Assembly (NCBI RefSeq): GCF_000150275.1
Contig: NW_002060950.1
Coordinates: 6,679 to 70,678 of the forward strand
DNA: 64,000 nt
DNA from: Trichoplax adhaerens
Taxonomy: Eukaryota; Animalia; Placozoa
Direction of reading: 5' to 3'
The notes beneath the pieces were generated by a model. The model ran no database searches and was not told the DNA's origin. It saw only the letters and a list, made by a program, of their open reading frames with translations. Made by a program: the position numbers and the translations under genes. The stretch's first letter is position 1. Each line of letters starts with the position of its first letter. This document shows, piece by piece, positions 41,392-55,560 of the stretch.

Positions 41392-44300
41392 ATGGTTGCA
41401 AGGTCATCTAAAACGTCTGAAATAGCAACTTTACGAACTGATGGAATCTGTAGTGCTCAAGAAAATTCTATAGATGATCAAACATATCAATATAGGTATG
41501 GATGGGGTTGTTTCCATCCTCAGTATATTCAGCTATTCAATTCTCAGAAATGGTTAATGGCTTTTATCGGCATTTATATTTTCATTTCCGGTATTCAAAC
41601 TACCGGACTTGGAGGTGTCGTTATTACATCACTGGAAACTCGGTATGAATTACGTAGCGCTGAGACTGGCTTGTTTACTAGCTCATATGAAGTAGCCGCA
41701 GCGATTTGCGGCCTAGTAATTAGTTATTATGCTGGTCAAAGACATAAGGGAAAATTTATTGCAACGGGATCGGTAATGGCAGGATTAGGAGCGGTTGCAT
41801 TTGTATCACCGCATTTCTTTAGTGGCAAATATAGCCCTATCAACAGTGAAATTACCAGTAACTTATGCTTTGAAAGTTTAAATAAGAGTATCGCTTCTAA
41901 TACATCATCAGTTTGTAATTCCTATATCGCGTCTTCAGCAAGAAACTACTTATACATATTTATCGCTGCGCAAGTAATCATCGGTACCGGTAACAACTTG
42001 ATGTGGAACGTTGGTATGGCCTATGTAGACGAAAATGTTGATCCTGTTGCTTCTTCTGTCTATATTGGAATTATGGTGACGTTATCAGCAATTGGTCCCG
42101 CTATTGGCTACCTACTAGGAGGGTTACTTCTGAATCTATGGGTTGATTGGCCAGATCCTTCTGATGGTGGGTGCTTCTACTACAACCACTTGAAACTATA
42201 GTAGATAGATATGAATGCATGTAATATTCAGAACTGGTCGTCTACCCATTTGTGATACTAGTAAAAGTTGTACTGTATATGTGTAGTTACAGGCATGGCA
42301 AGTTGCAATGCTTTCAATATATGAATTTCATAGAGCAATAAAGTTTTATGACCGCATAGTAATACTGTATGCAGCACATGAACTATAGTTTAATCAGTTG
42401 AAGCATGGATTTAACGGGTGTAGAGGATTTTAACGTGGTGACGCCATAAAATAATACTGTACAATGCATTGCCTAGATGAAAAGGTATTGCAAAATTTGA
42501 ATTGACCGTCGATTATATTAGTATTTCACCAGTTACCATACATCGATGCCCGTGCTGTAGATTTTCCACTCACGTCGCAGATCGAGGTAACAGTACGGTA
42601 TTTCAGTGCTAAACTTGCACATTTGCTACGCTTCATTTTATCTATAAGTACCATACAGATGCGCTATAGCGTAACTTAACATGCATGACTGTTTATAAGT
42701 AACTAATAATCGGGTAACAACTGATACTTAAATTACTGCTGTTATTCTCTCAGTCGTAATTATACGAGTATATTATATAGTGCTTTTAAATTAGTCACCG
42801 TAGTGTTTGACGTAGGTATTATTACTAGAATGTTTCGTTTGCTACAAATGAATTTAACCGCTAAAGTACGTTGGATAGCATATTACATTGGAGATTGAGT
42901 ACAAGAATTTTATTATTTGTAATATTAGCGCCTATTTATTTATCATAGAAATTAACATACGGTATTCTTATTATTTGAAAGGTGTAGCACCTGATGATCC
43001 TAGATGGGTTGGAGCTTGGTGGCTCGGATTCCTGGCATGCGGCACCGGAATGCTGATTATTTCTATCCCTTTGTATGGTTACCCTCCCTATTTACCGAAT
43101 TACGCTGTATTTAAAGCTAAGAGGCTAGCAATGGCGAAGGGGAAGTCGAAAGTTGATAAAGAATATGGAACCTCTATCAAAGATCTGCCGTTGGCTACCA
43201 AGGAGTTATTTATGAATTTACCTTGCACCTTCTCTATTCTAGCGGCTACTTGTGAAGCCACGACGGCAACAGGATTTGCAGTATTTCTGCCTAAGTTTAT
43301 TCAATCTCAGTTCGGGTTGACATCATCAACTGCAAGCTTGATTGCAGGATCCATCGTTGTCCCAGGAGCTGGTGGTGGAATGCTAGCTGTAAGAAAAATT
43401 TCAGTTTGTGAAAATAGTAAAATCATTTGATAATAATTATGCTATGACGCAGTACCCAGGAGTCAGTAGATTCGCAGTTCAATAACTTTATGTCCTCAGT
43501 CTGTGAAACGCAATTTTGCAAATTGTAACTAATGCTTGGCATAACACTGTATTGATAGGGTGGATTTATCATGAGATATTATAAACTTGATGGATTAGCA
43601 GCTGCAAAGCTTAATGTCATATTTTCTGGGCTAGCTACAATTTCCGTTTTATGTTTTGCGTTGAGCTGTGGCAACGTACCATTTTCTACTGTTGGACTCG
43701 ATCGAAGCGTGGTTGCTGGATCGTTGTGAGTTACTAAATAATTAAGTAGTCGTTACATCTACTAGTTACATTTTTATGCACTAATTCTTCTGAAAGTAGG
43801 ATAGCTTAGAAAGATTTGGTTAGGAGGTGTATTTTCTTTGATATCGAATATAAATTTCTTATGTAATATTTAATTTAGGGAAACGCAGTTCTTACAGGAA
43901 AATTCCGCTACAGTTTGTAATTATCAATGTAAATGTTATGATAGCTTTGAGCCACTTTGTGGCAGTGACAAAATTACCTATTATTCACCTTGTTTTGCTG
44001 GATGTACAGAAATAAATAGAAATCAGGTGCGTAGTTGCTCTTATTAGTGTGTAGGAAGAATGATTCTAAAATTAGTAGTTCAGTACTTATTTAGTGTCAA
44101 AATCTTGTTAATTGTATGGTTTTATATTTTTTTGTAGACCTTTTCGAACTGCAGTTGTATGGCCACTGTCAGTAATATTTCATCGTTATCTAAATTTAAT
44201 ACTTCACAGCATGGGAACAGTGGTATTTGTCCTCTTGAATGTAATAATATGATACCTTTTCTAGCAACCCTGTTTGTTTTAATGATTTTCACGTTCTTGA

Positions 44301-45158
44301 AAACTGTTCCTACGCAGCAGGTTCTACTAAGGTGAGATAAAAGTTGTCTCAAATATCTATCCATGTAACCGTTATAGGTATTCTGCAATTATGAGAATTT
44401 AATATCTTCATATGGATATTTATCGATGCTGTATATCTTTTGGTAGAGATCGTTTAAAGATTTAATTTAAGATATTAAGTTGCGTAAAAGTCTACTTTTG
44501 CATTATAAATTTCTTTAATTTGTGTGTATATTAAAAAATCCTTGTACCACAGTAAACATACGCAAAAGCATACGTTGTCGTGCGCAGTAGAGTATGCCAT
44601 GATAGACTAGAGCCTCTAAAATATAAGAAATTCCTAGAATTATAGTATCTAAATTTAGTGTAAATAAGAAATTAAAAACTATCAGAGCATGAAAGTTGAC
44701 GTACTATTCGTTATCTAATAGTTACGTTTGTAAGTACTGTACTGCGTCGACGTTTATACTTTATATACTGCATAAAAATATTAGCAAGAGATTAAACATT
44801 TTATAGCCTTCTGTTCACCGATTAATTATAGCTCCTATTCGTTCATAGATGTGTACCTGAGAGTCAGCGATCGTTTTCACTCGGGGTACAATGGCTTTTT
44901 CTTCGACTTCTGGGCAATGTTCCTGGGCCAATCATCATGGGATCAATTATTGACAGATCATGCATTCTTTGGAGTGTAACATGCAACCAAAGGAATAATT
45001 GTTGGCTATACAATAACCAACAAATGAGCCGTCTTATCCTGATTCTTGGAATTACTTTTAAGATCTCTACTACAATATTTTACCTTATAGCATGGCATTA
45101 TTATAAGGCCGATATTCAGGAGGATCAATGTCCTCCTAAAAAAGAAACTACCGTGTAA
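41392..45158 (+). CDS. Organic anion transporting polypeptide (OATP/SLCO, OATP4-like), 6 exons
   Basis: ITSLETRYELRSAETGLFTSSYE, YVDENV and the OATP signature DDPRWVGAWWLGF. Also FLPKFIQSQF, a Kazal-like CNYQCKCYDSFEPLCGSDKITYYSPCFAGC segment and PGPIIMGSIIDRSCILW. Exons are approximately 41392-42166, 42982-43388, 43559-43725, 43879-44025, 44138-44331 and 44849-45158. Confidence 0.93.
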
Positions 45159-46929
45159 ATATTTTTTAAATAACGGAAATATTAGTGTTCTGTGGACTTG
45201 AAAATTTAAGTGTTGAAATGTTTACGCGCCTGATGTAGATTTCGCGCGTATACAAGAAAAGAATGAAATATCACTCTTGAATCAGTAATTAATACGCTAA
45301 AATTTATCGTTAAAAATTATGTATACCACTTTTACTATTACATTATTGTGACGATATAATTTCAAGGTTAGTGTAAAGTAAGTTGCAATATCACTTTTAT
45401 CTAACAATTAAGGTTTAGCAAGGATTAGTGAGTTTAACATCTTTAAGTTTTTATTTACTATGTTTAAATAGTTTTATCTGTAGAGAAGTAACTACCGTAA
45501 AAATTACTCACGTCACCTTACTTGTTGGACCATGAACTTATAAATAATTATTACATTGCGTAGGAAACAGTGAATTACATATATATATATTGTCAATGGT
45601 TTGATTAGAGTACCTTTTTAGAGTTTGCGCTCTGTGTAAATAATGTATTACCCGAGAAATTCGAAACGGTGCGACCTTGAGGTTGGACATACAATGTACA
45701 ATAGTAACTGCACATCAATGAAATTTCTAACGTCTTGTTGCAAAATTCTAATAATATTAACTGGATTCGCTTGCAATGCATATTTGTATGTATGTTTACA
45801 GTATCCTCATTCATAAAACAAAATTGATCCTCTCCAAATTATTGGTTAATTTACTAGCAAATAGATGCCAGGATAGTATTCGTGAATTAACGGAGGAATG
45901 TAGTATTGTATTATGCGCACAAAACAATAATAACAAGATATCTTAGGCCTGAATCACATTTTATCTTGTGCAGTCTGTTCCATTTTGAGGTAAATCACGC
46001 AACCACATGATTCTCTTTGCGAAATATGATAATATAATCATTTCTTTTTCTGGTTAAATTCTGGGAAAGGCTACTGTGATTAAATCTTATTCCAGTATTA
46101 ATTTAACTTATCTGCCATAGCGTGTACGCAATGCACTATGTATGGTAATACAGTGTCTTGATATTAACACTGACGTAATATCGATATTAAACTCGGGTGC
46201 AATCACTAATATAATCGATAAGCAACCAATGATGAAGAAAGAAGTTAGAGGAAAAATGAAATTAAGATCTTGATTGACTTTGATTTGAGAAGAAAAACCG
46301 CTTATCTTAATTTATCATAAAATAGCAGAACTTGTGCAAGTTCAGTTATGGTAAACGAAAATTCATAACTTAGAATCGGATTAATACCGGCGTATGAAAG
46401 CAAAGAATGCGGTAAAAATTTTTGCTGTAATCATAGAGCTACCAACAAAAGAAAAGCTAACGCACGATTAGCCTTTGCATGCAGGATAGTACGCGAAATA
46501 TCACGAGCGAAGGTTCGACTAGTATACTCGTACAGTAGTTAATTATTCCGCTTTAGTCATGGCCATTTAAAAGTCTTCGGATACCTATATGTAATGTACT
46601 GGAGACATACAGTACACTGAGTGTGAATAGTTATTGCCGCAACACTATTTCTAGGGATTGAAATATTAGACAATAATTCGATATACTGTAGAGCACGTAC
46701 AGTATGTTTGAGAGCTATGATATTTATATCTAATAATATAATCTAACTTGCATATTTTATTACACAAACAACACCGTCTTGTATCATCCATCGTAGGTAT
46801 GTTAATTCAATGTTCTACCTTTTAAAATTTTAACGTTTTCTTGCCGTATTTGCTATATTAAGTAATGATTACATTACATATAACTAAAGTACTAAAATTA
46901 AATAATTAACAGTGCATTTATTACAGAAT

Positions 46930-49900
46930 TTAGAGATTACTGATATTCTTCCTTTGCTGTATAACCATTTTCCCTCGTAGTTTATCGCGGTTATTAGCAG
47001 TGGTAGTACTATGCTTGGCAGCGCGTACAATTCCACGGTATTGCCCGGCTAGCTTTAATCGTTTTCTTTTGTTCAGATTCTGCTTATTCATTGGTATATA
47101 CGCATAGGGCTCGTATCTGTTCGCTGACATCATATCGCCTCGCGCCTTCTGCACGTACGGATAAAGATAGCTATTGTGAGTGTATATAGCCGTTTTAAAG
47201 TTTTGAATAATTCTTAGAGCATACCTTTGATCTGTATCCTATGCCAATTGAAGGGTTATTTTTCTTTATTTTTTTATTGAAAGGGTCGCTGGTTGTATCG
47301 TACCTAAATGANACTAGAACAAAATAAAAGTACATTATTGAAGCCAAAACTTGTCATCCATAACATCTGATATTGGCCTGTATCAAATGGCAGGGATGTG
47401 ACCAAGGTGTTGAGAGTAAATTTGCAGTTATTAAATTTAAATCTAATTACGTAAAAATCTTTTAATTAAATTCTTACTTAAACTGAAAGATTAGTTCTTA
47501 CCTTCACTCTTACGGTCATTATTGGCATCTATTGTAACGCTAGCGATATCAGCCAACCTTTTCCGCTTGGGAATCCTCTGTAATAAAATGAAAGTATTAT
47601 GGGCGACGTCACATCAACAGATATGAATAAATTTCTTAGCATTACCAATTCAGATATTGAATTACTAGCATCCAATGATCCTGTTACCAATTAAAATAAC
47701 TTCAATTATTCATTTTGCAGAGATATTCAAGGGCGAATAGCAAGATTATAAACAAGCAGAATACCCTTGCTATAGGATGCACTCAAAGGCTTATCATCGG
47801 TTTCAGTTACAATAATTTTGCCATCTTCACTAACTTTAAATTTCTTTTTGGATGGATATAGGTGATCTTCCTTGATAAACGACTTAGGGTCTGTGACTAT
47901 AGGAACAAACGAAAACGTATTTTAAAGCACTGTATTACCAGCTCATGGCATCCGCTAAAAAGTTTACGAGACTTTTAACCTAATATCTTCTGGTTTACAG
48001 ATGCATCTAGAAAATCAATTGGCCCTTCGTATTCACTTTCGTTTATCCATGCAGCCTTTCCTTTCACGTTCAGCTTAACGATATTAGCAGAAATTGATTA
48101 CTATTAAGGCGCGATTCAAATAGATTATATATACAGTACCAGTATCTTTTATTTAACCTTATTTTTTGTCCTAGCCCTCTTTTCTGTCTTGGTATCGTTG
48201 ACGTCGTCATCTTCCGAATCATTCAATAAATCTTCAAAACTATCAAAATACAAAAAGTAACAACACTGAGATATCCAATGAATCAAAATTCCGACGTTTA
48301 CATTTGCACTTTGACGCTGACGATTTACCTTTGAATTGAGGTACTCTTAACGTTCAGTTTGCATTCCTGAAAAATAAATAAAAATTTATTTTTTATTGAA
48401 AAAGTAGACCTATTATGAATGACTAGGTACTTTTAATACCTTAGGATTGTTCTTATTTCTTGAATGCAATTTTTTTCTTTTCGCTCGATTACACGCTTTC
48501 TTTATGTTGTTAAGTACTTTTTGACAGTTTTCAGGGGCCAGCTTAGTGATAATGTCGTAACTTAATTTACCAAATGCAGAAAATCATTACGAATAACTAT
48601 GATAGTGCTGCATCAAATAGAAAGTGTTCATACATAGCACATTTCTACCTGAATTTTGTAATCATACGCTGAAATAAGATTTTCGTTTTGAATCTAAAGT
48701 GACGCTTTATATCCGAACTCCAATCAGCTATAGCTTGAATCTGCAAGTAGTAAAATGTAGAAATTTAAACAGCTATTATAGCACACTATGTTAATAATTA
48801 CTAATATATTTTATCAAGCACTACGATAAATTATAGAGTAATCTTACAATCATTCCCAAATATGGCATTACCACATCGCGAGGGAAGGCAACGACTATTA
48901 ACTAAAATTATAGAGAGAAAAAGTCAGAACAAGTTCACTTCTTTGGCACTTAGCATACCAAATACAGCAGGTCGCCAAAGGAAATATATTAATTAGTGAT
49001 ACCTTGACAAATCCCAGGGCAGACTTTATTACCTCCCGTGATTTTGATTGTAAGACTATTATTATAGTATTAACTAAGTTACCAATCAACGGTCTAGGAA
49101 CTATTTCTACCGAGAAGAATAGTCATATGATTGAAAGCAATTACATACTAATTGATTGTATAAAGGCTCTGAATTGATTTCCTACACTAATTAGCTACAA
49201 AGCAATATTACCTCTGAATTCGTAAACTATACATGAAATGGAATTTATAGTGGCACAAATCATTAGAGTTGATCCTGCCATGCCGGGCAGCATTAATTTC
49301 ACATATGTGATTAAGTTATCTACCATATTAGAATTGTTGGAATAAGATCATCCTGGATTAGAAGTGAGCTATTGAAAAGGGAATATAAAGTACTGCTTGC
49401 ACGTGTACCTTTTTCACTGCCATTAGTCAGCCGATTTATAGCTCTCCCCATTTCTACAATTAATGCATAAGCGGAATGTCTAGCTTTCGTAGAGACTTCC
49501 TTGGTACACCATATTGCCTGTATAACAAACAAAGGAATAATGAAACAAATAGATACTTTATTAGCAAATGATAAATGAACGATATAAGTACGAGTATACC
49601 TCTGGGAGAACAACTTTTACGTAATCGAAAAGTTGCGAATCGTTCAATTTATGACATAGTAATGCTAAACATTTCAAGCGTGGCTTGGTAAATCAACAGG
49701 CAAGAACAGGTTAGTATGTACTCGCTTTCCATAACCTAAATAAGTATTAGACTGCATAAATTAAAAATTACAGATTTTGAAGAAACAGAGCAATCTGGTA
49801 AAGATTCGAGGAGTAGTGAACGGATACTCATAACGTTTTTAGATATAAATTTGATTGAATCCGCGGATTTACAACTGCATATTTCTTCTAATATCTTATA

Positions 49901-52900
49901 TGCCTTTTTTTGAACCAGGATATCTTCATACTAAGCAGAGTTTTAAACATTATTTTACACGAGATTTCGTAAGACATAAATAATAGTAGTTAAATTCTTT
50001 CATTCACCTTTAGATAGTGAATAATGCAGCCATACAGATTGTTGATTGCAGCTGTATCAAGCACTTTAATCATCATAGCAGCTAAGTCGAGAAGAGATCG
50101 CCTAAAAATTGTATATTTATATATATTGTATCAATTTTCGCTGGCAGCTAGTGTAGAATGTCTATGATGTGAAGGTAAATATTCGTACAAAATGTGGATA
50201 GATACATCAGAGGATAACTGAACTTGCAATTTGGCATAGAATTCATTCACTAGCTGTAAGAATAGATCACTTAATTTAGTCGATTATAATTATTAAAGCA
50301 GTAGTGCCCATAGCCAATTACCTCTTTGCTGGCCAAAAGTAAATAAACTCCAATAGTTTCAGTAACGTACAGGCATGATGATTCTTTATTTTCACTGTAA
50401 ATGTTGAATAATATAGGAAGATAATTTTTGGCGTACTCTTTAAGAATCAGCTTTTCTTCATCTATTTGTTATGGAAAATACAGATTAGATTAAGGTAGTA
50501 ATGTTACATGGCATCTAAGCACGGTTTTTGTTTTACCGTTTTTACAGCTTGTTTGAATGAGCAATCTGATAGCTTGGCAAACAATTTGACTTAATTCCTT
50601 GTTGGTTAACGCTTCACCCAACGTTCGCGCAATTGATCTAAACGTCTATAAGACATGTACCAATAAGTATCTCAACAATTTAGAACTGATTTAATATTTT
50701 GGCTAATCTGTTTAATTATCTTATATACATTCACGACGTCCGTAGTATTTGTACAAAATCCAGGCAAAAGAGACCAGATCTGAAAGATTTAGTAAAGTTG
50801 GGGATACCCAAATATTTACAAGTACATATATTAAAATATTCGCTAGAACCGAATTTAAGGATACCTGGATGAATAGGGTTTTATAGACAGTAGCCTGTAA
50901 CTCATGGCCATTATTTTTATACTCCATTGCTTTAACGAATGTAATCAATTTTATCGTGAGTTAGTATTTAGCGAGGGCATGCATTGTTCTTATATATTAA
51001 TAAAGTAAAAGCGGTTCCGCTAACATTTCTGTTTCATCATGACCGCCAGCGGTAACATTGTATCTTGAAAGTACGCCAATTCAGTGTTGCAAATGTTATC
51101 CCTCAGTAGAGGAATCATCCATGATCGTGGAAAATTACAATGATTACTACAGACAACAGTGCATAAATGGAAACTCAGGTTGACAAAGTACATAAATGTT
51201 TGGGGTTGTAAAAAATTAATATCACACATACATACTTGTGCTCTTCCAGTTTTAGTGGTGCTACACTAAGTACACTCCTGTTAAGATATAAAATAAATTT
51301 TATTCAGCAGTACGTAAAAATTCATCGGCGAATATTCAGACTATAGTTAGATAACAGGAGAGTAAGTGCAAGTAATTAAACCTAGGTCCCATAGTTTTTA
51401 TTGCTGTTGCAATAGTATTTTCGACGTCTTTCTTATACGGCGTCCAAAAATCCGTATACATATTGCAGATAGAGGGTAACAACTGAGTGAAGAAGAGAGA
51501 TCATATTCTTAATTATTTAGGTTAACTTATATCCAAATATTTGTTTAATACCCACTCTCTTAGATAATTCTTTGCATTCTTTCCCTAAAACCTGCCAAAG
51601 TTCGAAATTTTAAGATTATTGAATTGTAAATAGCCACATGAAAGCAATTTACCTTTAGATATGATACCACTACTTGTAGAATATAATTCCAAGAATTCTG
51701 ATATTTATACTTTAAGCCTGATTCAACACATCTACATTGAAATAGTAATTTAATATTAATTACTGGCACGTAATAAATTATATACAAATAATGCAAAGTT
51801 CGTCTTTGCTTCAAGCAAAAGGAGGAAATGATTTGCATTACCTCATTAGTTTATGTGCCGGAGTATTTTCATCAGTATGTTCTGATAACAACGCACTAAC
51901 AATATCCTCGGACACTGGAGGGACGCATTCCTCTAACACAGTCTGTTAGTAGTAAGATAAATTATAGTGAAGACCTTAGCATTCTAAGTAGGAAATGATA
52001 TGAGCTGGCCTAAAGCGTACCTTAAGTACGCGGGTTGTTGATGATAGTATACGTTCATTCTTAGAAAGAAAGTAAGGCATACAAGCGGAAAATAAGGGAG
52101 GCAAGCCAATAAATCCCATTTCGCAATTGAGTCTAGTACCAAAAAATGTTTACATATCCATTAATATACTTATTTATAAAACTTTTATTATTATATTAAT
52201 GTTCTTAAATAGAAATAATTGTAAAGAGCATCAAGTAGTTCCTTACTTAGAGCGACAAATGGCACCCTGCATCATAACTGTTAGCCAAGCAACTGTAGGT
52301 TCAATATCATTCTCGTTCGGGCGGTATTCATATAGTACCTGATTACAGTTGTAAGGGTTGAAATTATCGGCAGAATGAGATTTAGATATCCACATTTTAT
52401 AGAGCTGAAAGAACTAGAATACGCCATTTGTATCCATAAAAAGTGAGCAAATTTATGGTGTGGTATTAAATACACTTATGCTCAAGTTCTGTACCATTAT
52501 GATCTGGCTAGATAATTCGACGGTTAAATTCGAAGCATCATTGACGGATGAAAATAATGAATAAAAGATTTCCAAGCATACAGTAGTACGTATCTACAAA
52601 AAATATATATTTAAAATACTCGTAAACAAACGAAAAGAGTGCACTTTTGGATACTTTGACAATTAAATATAGTTAGGTACTATAGCAAAATACACTTGAT
52701 AATCATACGGATAAGTATTTTACTTATTCTAAAATTAAACTATCAAAATTTGTTTAAAATGCATTGATTTTGCCTAATAATAGTAATATTATTTATTCAA
52801 GTTGTTTTGATTTAACCGACCGTATCTTTTTTCAGCATAATTTTCAGTAAATTTTCAGCAAAGATTTTTATATACTGCAATTAAAAAATTATATTAAATG

Positions 52901-55160
52901 TACAGCAGTATCATTTGCAAGTTTAAGCACTTTTAAGGACAGTTAACAGTATGAATCAAGGAAATTGCAAGAAACAAGTATATTTAATATTTATTAACAG
53001 TAAGTAAAAACCTGAATGGAAAAGTACGGCAAAACTTCCTTTAATAGATTCATTACGTAAATGGAGTTACTGCCCTGTTCAGTTCCTCCTGATGATTGAT
53101 TGGGCAATCAAAAACAATTAATATTTGATTACTTGTCTTAGTTCGCTGCCAATGTTTAATTAATAGAATACTCAAGGAGAATTGACAATAATCGGCACTC
53201 AGAGCTAAACTTGCCTTCCTCTAGGGATTTAATACAAAACTGACGACAACATTGGATGCAGTTGTTATTTCTATATTTCACCAGGGAAATTACCGCAGCT
53301 TGAGCTGTTTTTCTAATCTATAGATATACACCGATACCATAATACAGTATACGTAAGCTGCTAATCGCTATAAAAGTACCTTGAAAAGGAAACTTGTAGC
53401 ACAGTCATAGTTAAATATTTGCTATTTCTAATTACTTTTGGTTTAGCATGACTAGTAAAACCAAGTAATATCTCAAACGATCGAACTGTAGTGGGGAGAC
53501 TCCAAACAGTTGCTTCCTGAACAATTAGAAATCCCTGCAGACACCGTAATAGCTGAAATATAGTAAAATATCGATTAAATTATTATTTGAAAAGTCAGAA
53601 ACAACTTCGTAAGTCAATTATTTTCAGGTGGTAACAACAATCACAACGTTCTCACTCCGAAAACATTTCACTTACAATGCATATTAGAATTCAGTTAAAT
53701 TATTATAATTATCTTTATACTATCGATAGATCCATATCAAGTAGAATTAGTCACAATCTTTTAAATTACATCCAGGTTTAATATTTGGCTTAAATCTACG
53801 CTGATTACACTAGAATAATGGATTTTAATTGCATATATGCACTAATCACATACCGATTTAACTAGCGAAGAATCTTCTGAATCCATATGATCAATTAGCA
53901 GGGTAGTTATAATTCTGCTAGCAGCTGGAAATTTGGCAAGTAATATACTGTCTGGTAATCTAAAAAAGATCAACTGATTACTGTACAGAGTTTAATAATA
54001 GAGATTTCAGGTCTAATTAAATTGGTCAGCTAATGTTGAATAAGCAGCGACTCATAACTTCAAAGATATACTTAACAGTACTTCGTGATAACCAGTCGCA
54101 GTAAATAAGCTGTTGCTGTTAGAACTTCTATTTCAGAGGAAGATTCAAGAGTAGTCATCTAGAAAGTATTAAGAAATCGACCTTCACTATTATTATTAAT
54201 TATAATACTGTATTTATCAACAGAGTTATAATATGGTGTTGTGGATGTCGGTTTGCCTCAATAACAACTTACCAAAGCTGCAAAATATTCCACATTCGAT
54301 TCAGTACCACCCTGATTCTTTATAACCTAGTTTGGCGAAGGCATGGTAAGACAAGGAATATCATAACGATATTTCAGTAATATGTTAACATCATACGGAT
54401 TTGTCATTTTTGGTCGACTTATTACAGCAGACGTACTGCACTGTACGTTAAGTCGTTTGCGTATTTACCTCGGTTACAGCAGCCAGGATCGCAAAAATCT
54501 ACGGAATGCGCAAAAGATTGATAGTTAGGGTTAATAAAGGAAATCAGGAAAATAGTGCTCTAATTTCTACGTACTTGTACAGTATAGTATTACAGCATAA
54601 TTAAGGAACAAACTGAAGCGCAAAATAAGTAGAGCTCAGATATTTCAACAATAACAATTATATGGGTTAAAGCAAGTTTACTAATTAATTAATGGCTAAG
54701 CTGTACGGTACCACATATAAAATAAAATAGATAAAATCGCTGCAGTTATGCCTTTTGTTATACGTAATTATGCTCGTATAATGAATTATAAGTTTTACGC
54801 GTCGTGATGGACCTCTTTGTGGCTAGTAAGCTGGGAGTTGAAAAGTCGATTTACATCTGCAAACATTTGATTGGTATACTGACTGCGGATGGTCATTTTT
54901 TCCGTTGAGTCATCCTGTACCGTGTCAGCATCGTCGGCAGTTGCGGGGAGGGAAGTCATGAGTTCGTTCATCTTGTCATGTATATTTAAGTCTTCCTTGG
55001 ACAGAGTTGGACTTGATTGATGCCCACTGGTCTCAGATGATATACTCCTTAGAGATGCACGAGCTAAATTACGAAAAGTTTTCTTTTCTGGATTACTAAC
55101 GCAACTATGTCCTCTCAAAGTCCGTTTCTCCTGCCTTTTCATCTTAATACTAGTTTTCAT
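46930..55160 (-). CDS. RRP12: RRP12-like protein (HEAT-repeat ribosome biogenesis factor), many short exons
   Basis: N-terminal RGHSCVSNP. Internal RSWMIPLLRDNICNTELAYF, IWSLLPGFCT, IWCTKEVSTKARHSAYALIVEMG and SREVIKSALGFVK. C-terminal KARGDM..RYEPYAYIPMNKQNLNKRKR. Confidence 0.93.
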
Positions 55161-55294
55161 CTTATTTATGTATTATTGTTGTCTTCCTTGGACCGTCAGG
55201 GACCCAAAAACCACGCGGAAAAGTTGATGCTATTGTACCTTTTACGTGCAGTTTCAGAACATGAGATTTCACTATTAGTGTACACCAGCAAGTG

Positions 55295-55560
55295 TCATAC
55301 AGTACACGTACAGTACAGTACACACATGCCTTAGTCTTAGTTACAGTTACTTACAGTACAGTATACTGTACTGTACGGTACTGTCAAACTGTAATGTACA
55401 GTATAGTACAGTACAGTACTGTGTTCTACTGTACACTGTACTGTACAGTACAGTACTGTACATACTGTACACATTGCAAAGTACTGTACAGTGTACAGTA
55501 CAGTACTGTACAGTCTAGAGAAGTGAAATTGATTTTGAATACAGTACAGTATAGTACATG
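55295..55560. repeat. TACTGTAC/GTACAGTA cluster upstream of RRP12
   Basis: Dense pentamer mosaic 135-400 bp upstream of the RRP12 ATG. It explains the spurious YSTV/TVLY ORFs. Confidence 0.85.

Noticed and set aside
47312-47312. Single N base
   Set aside because: Assembly ambiguity in an RRP12 intron; no biological meaning.
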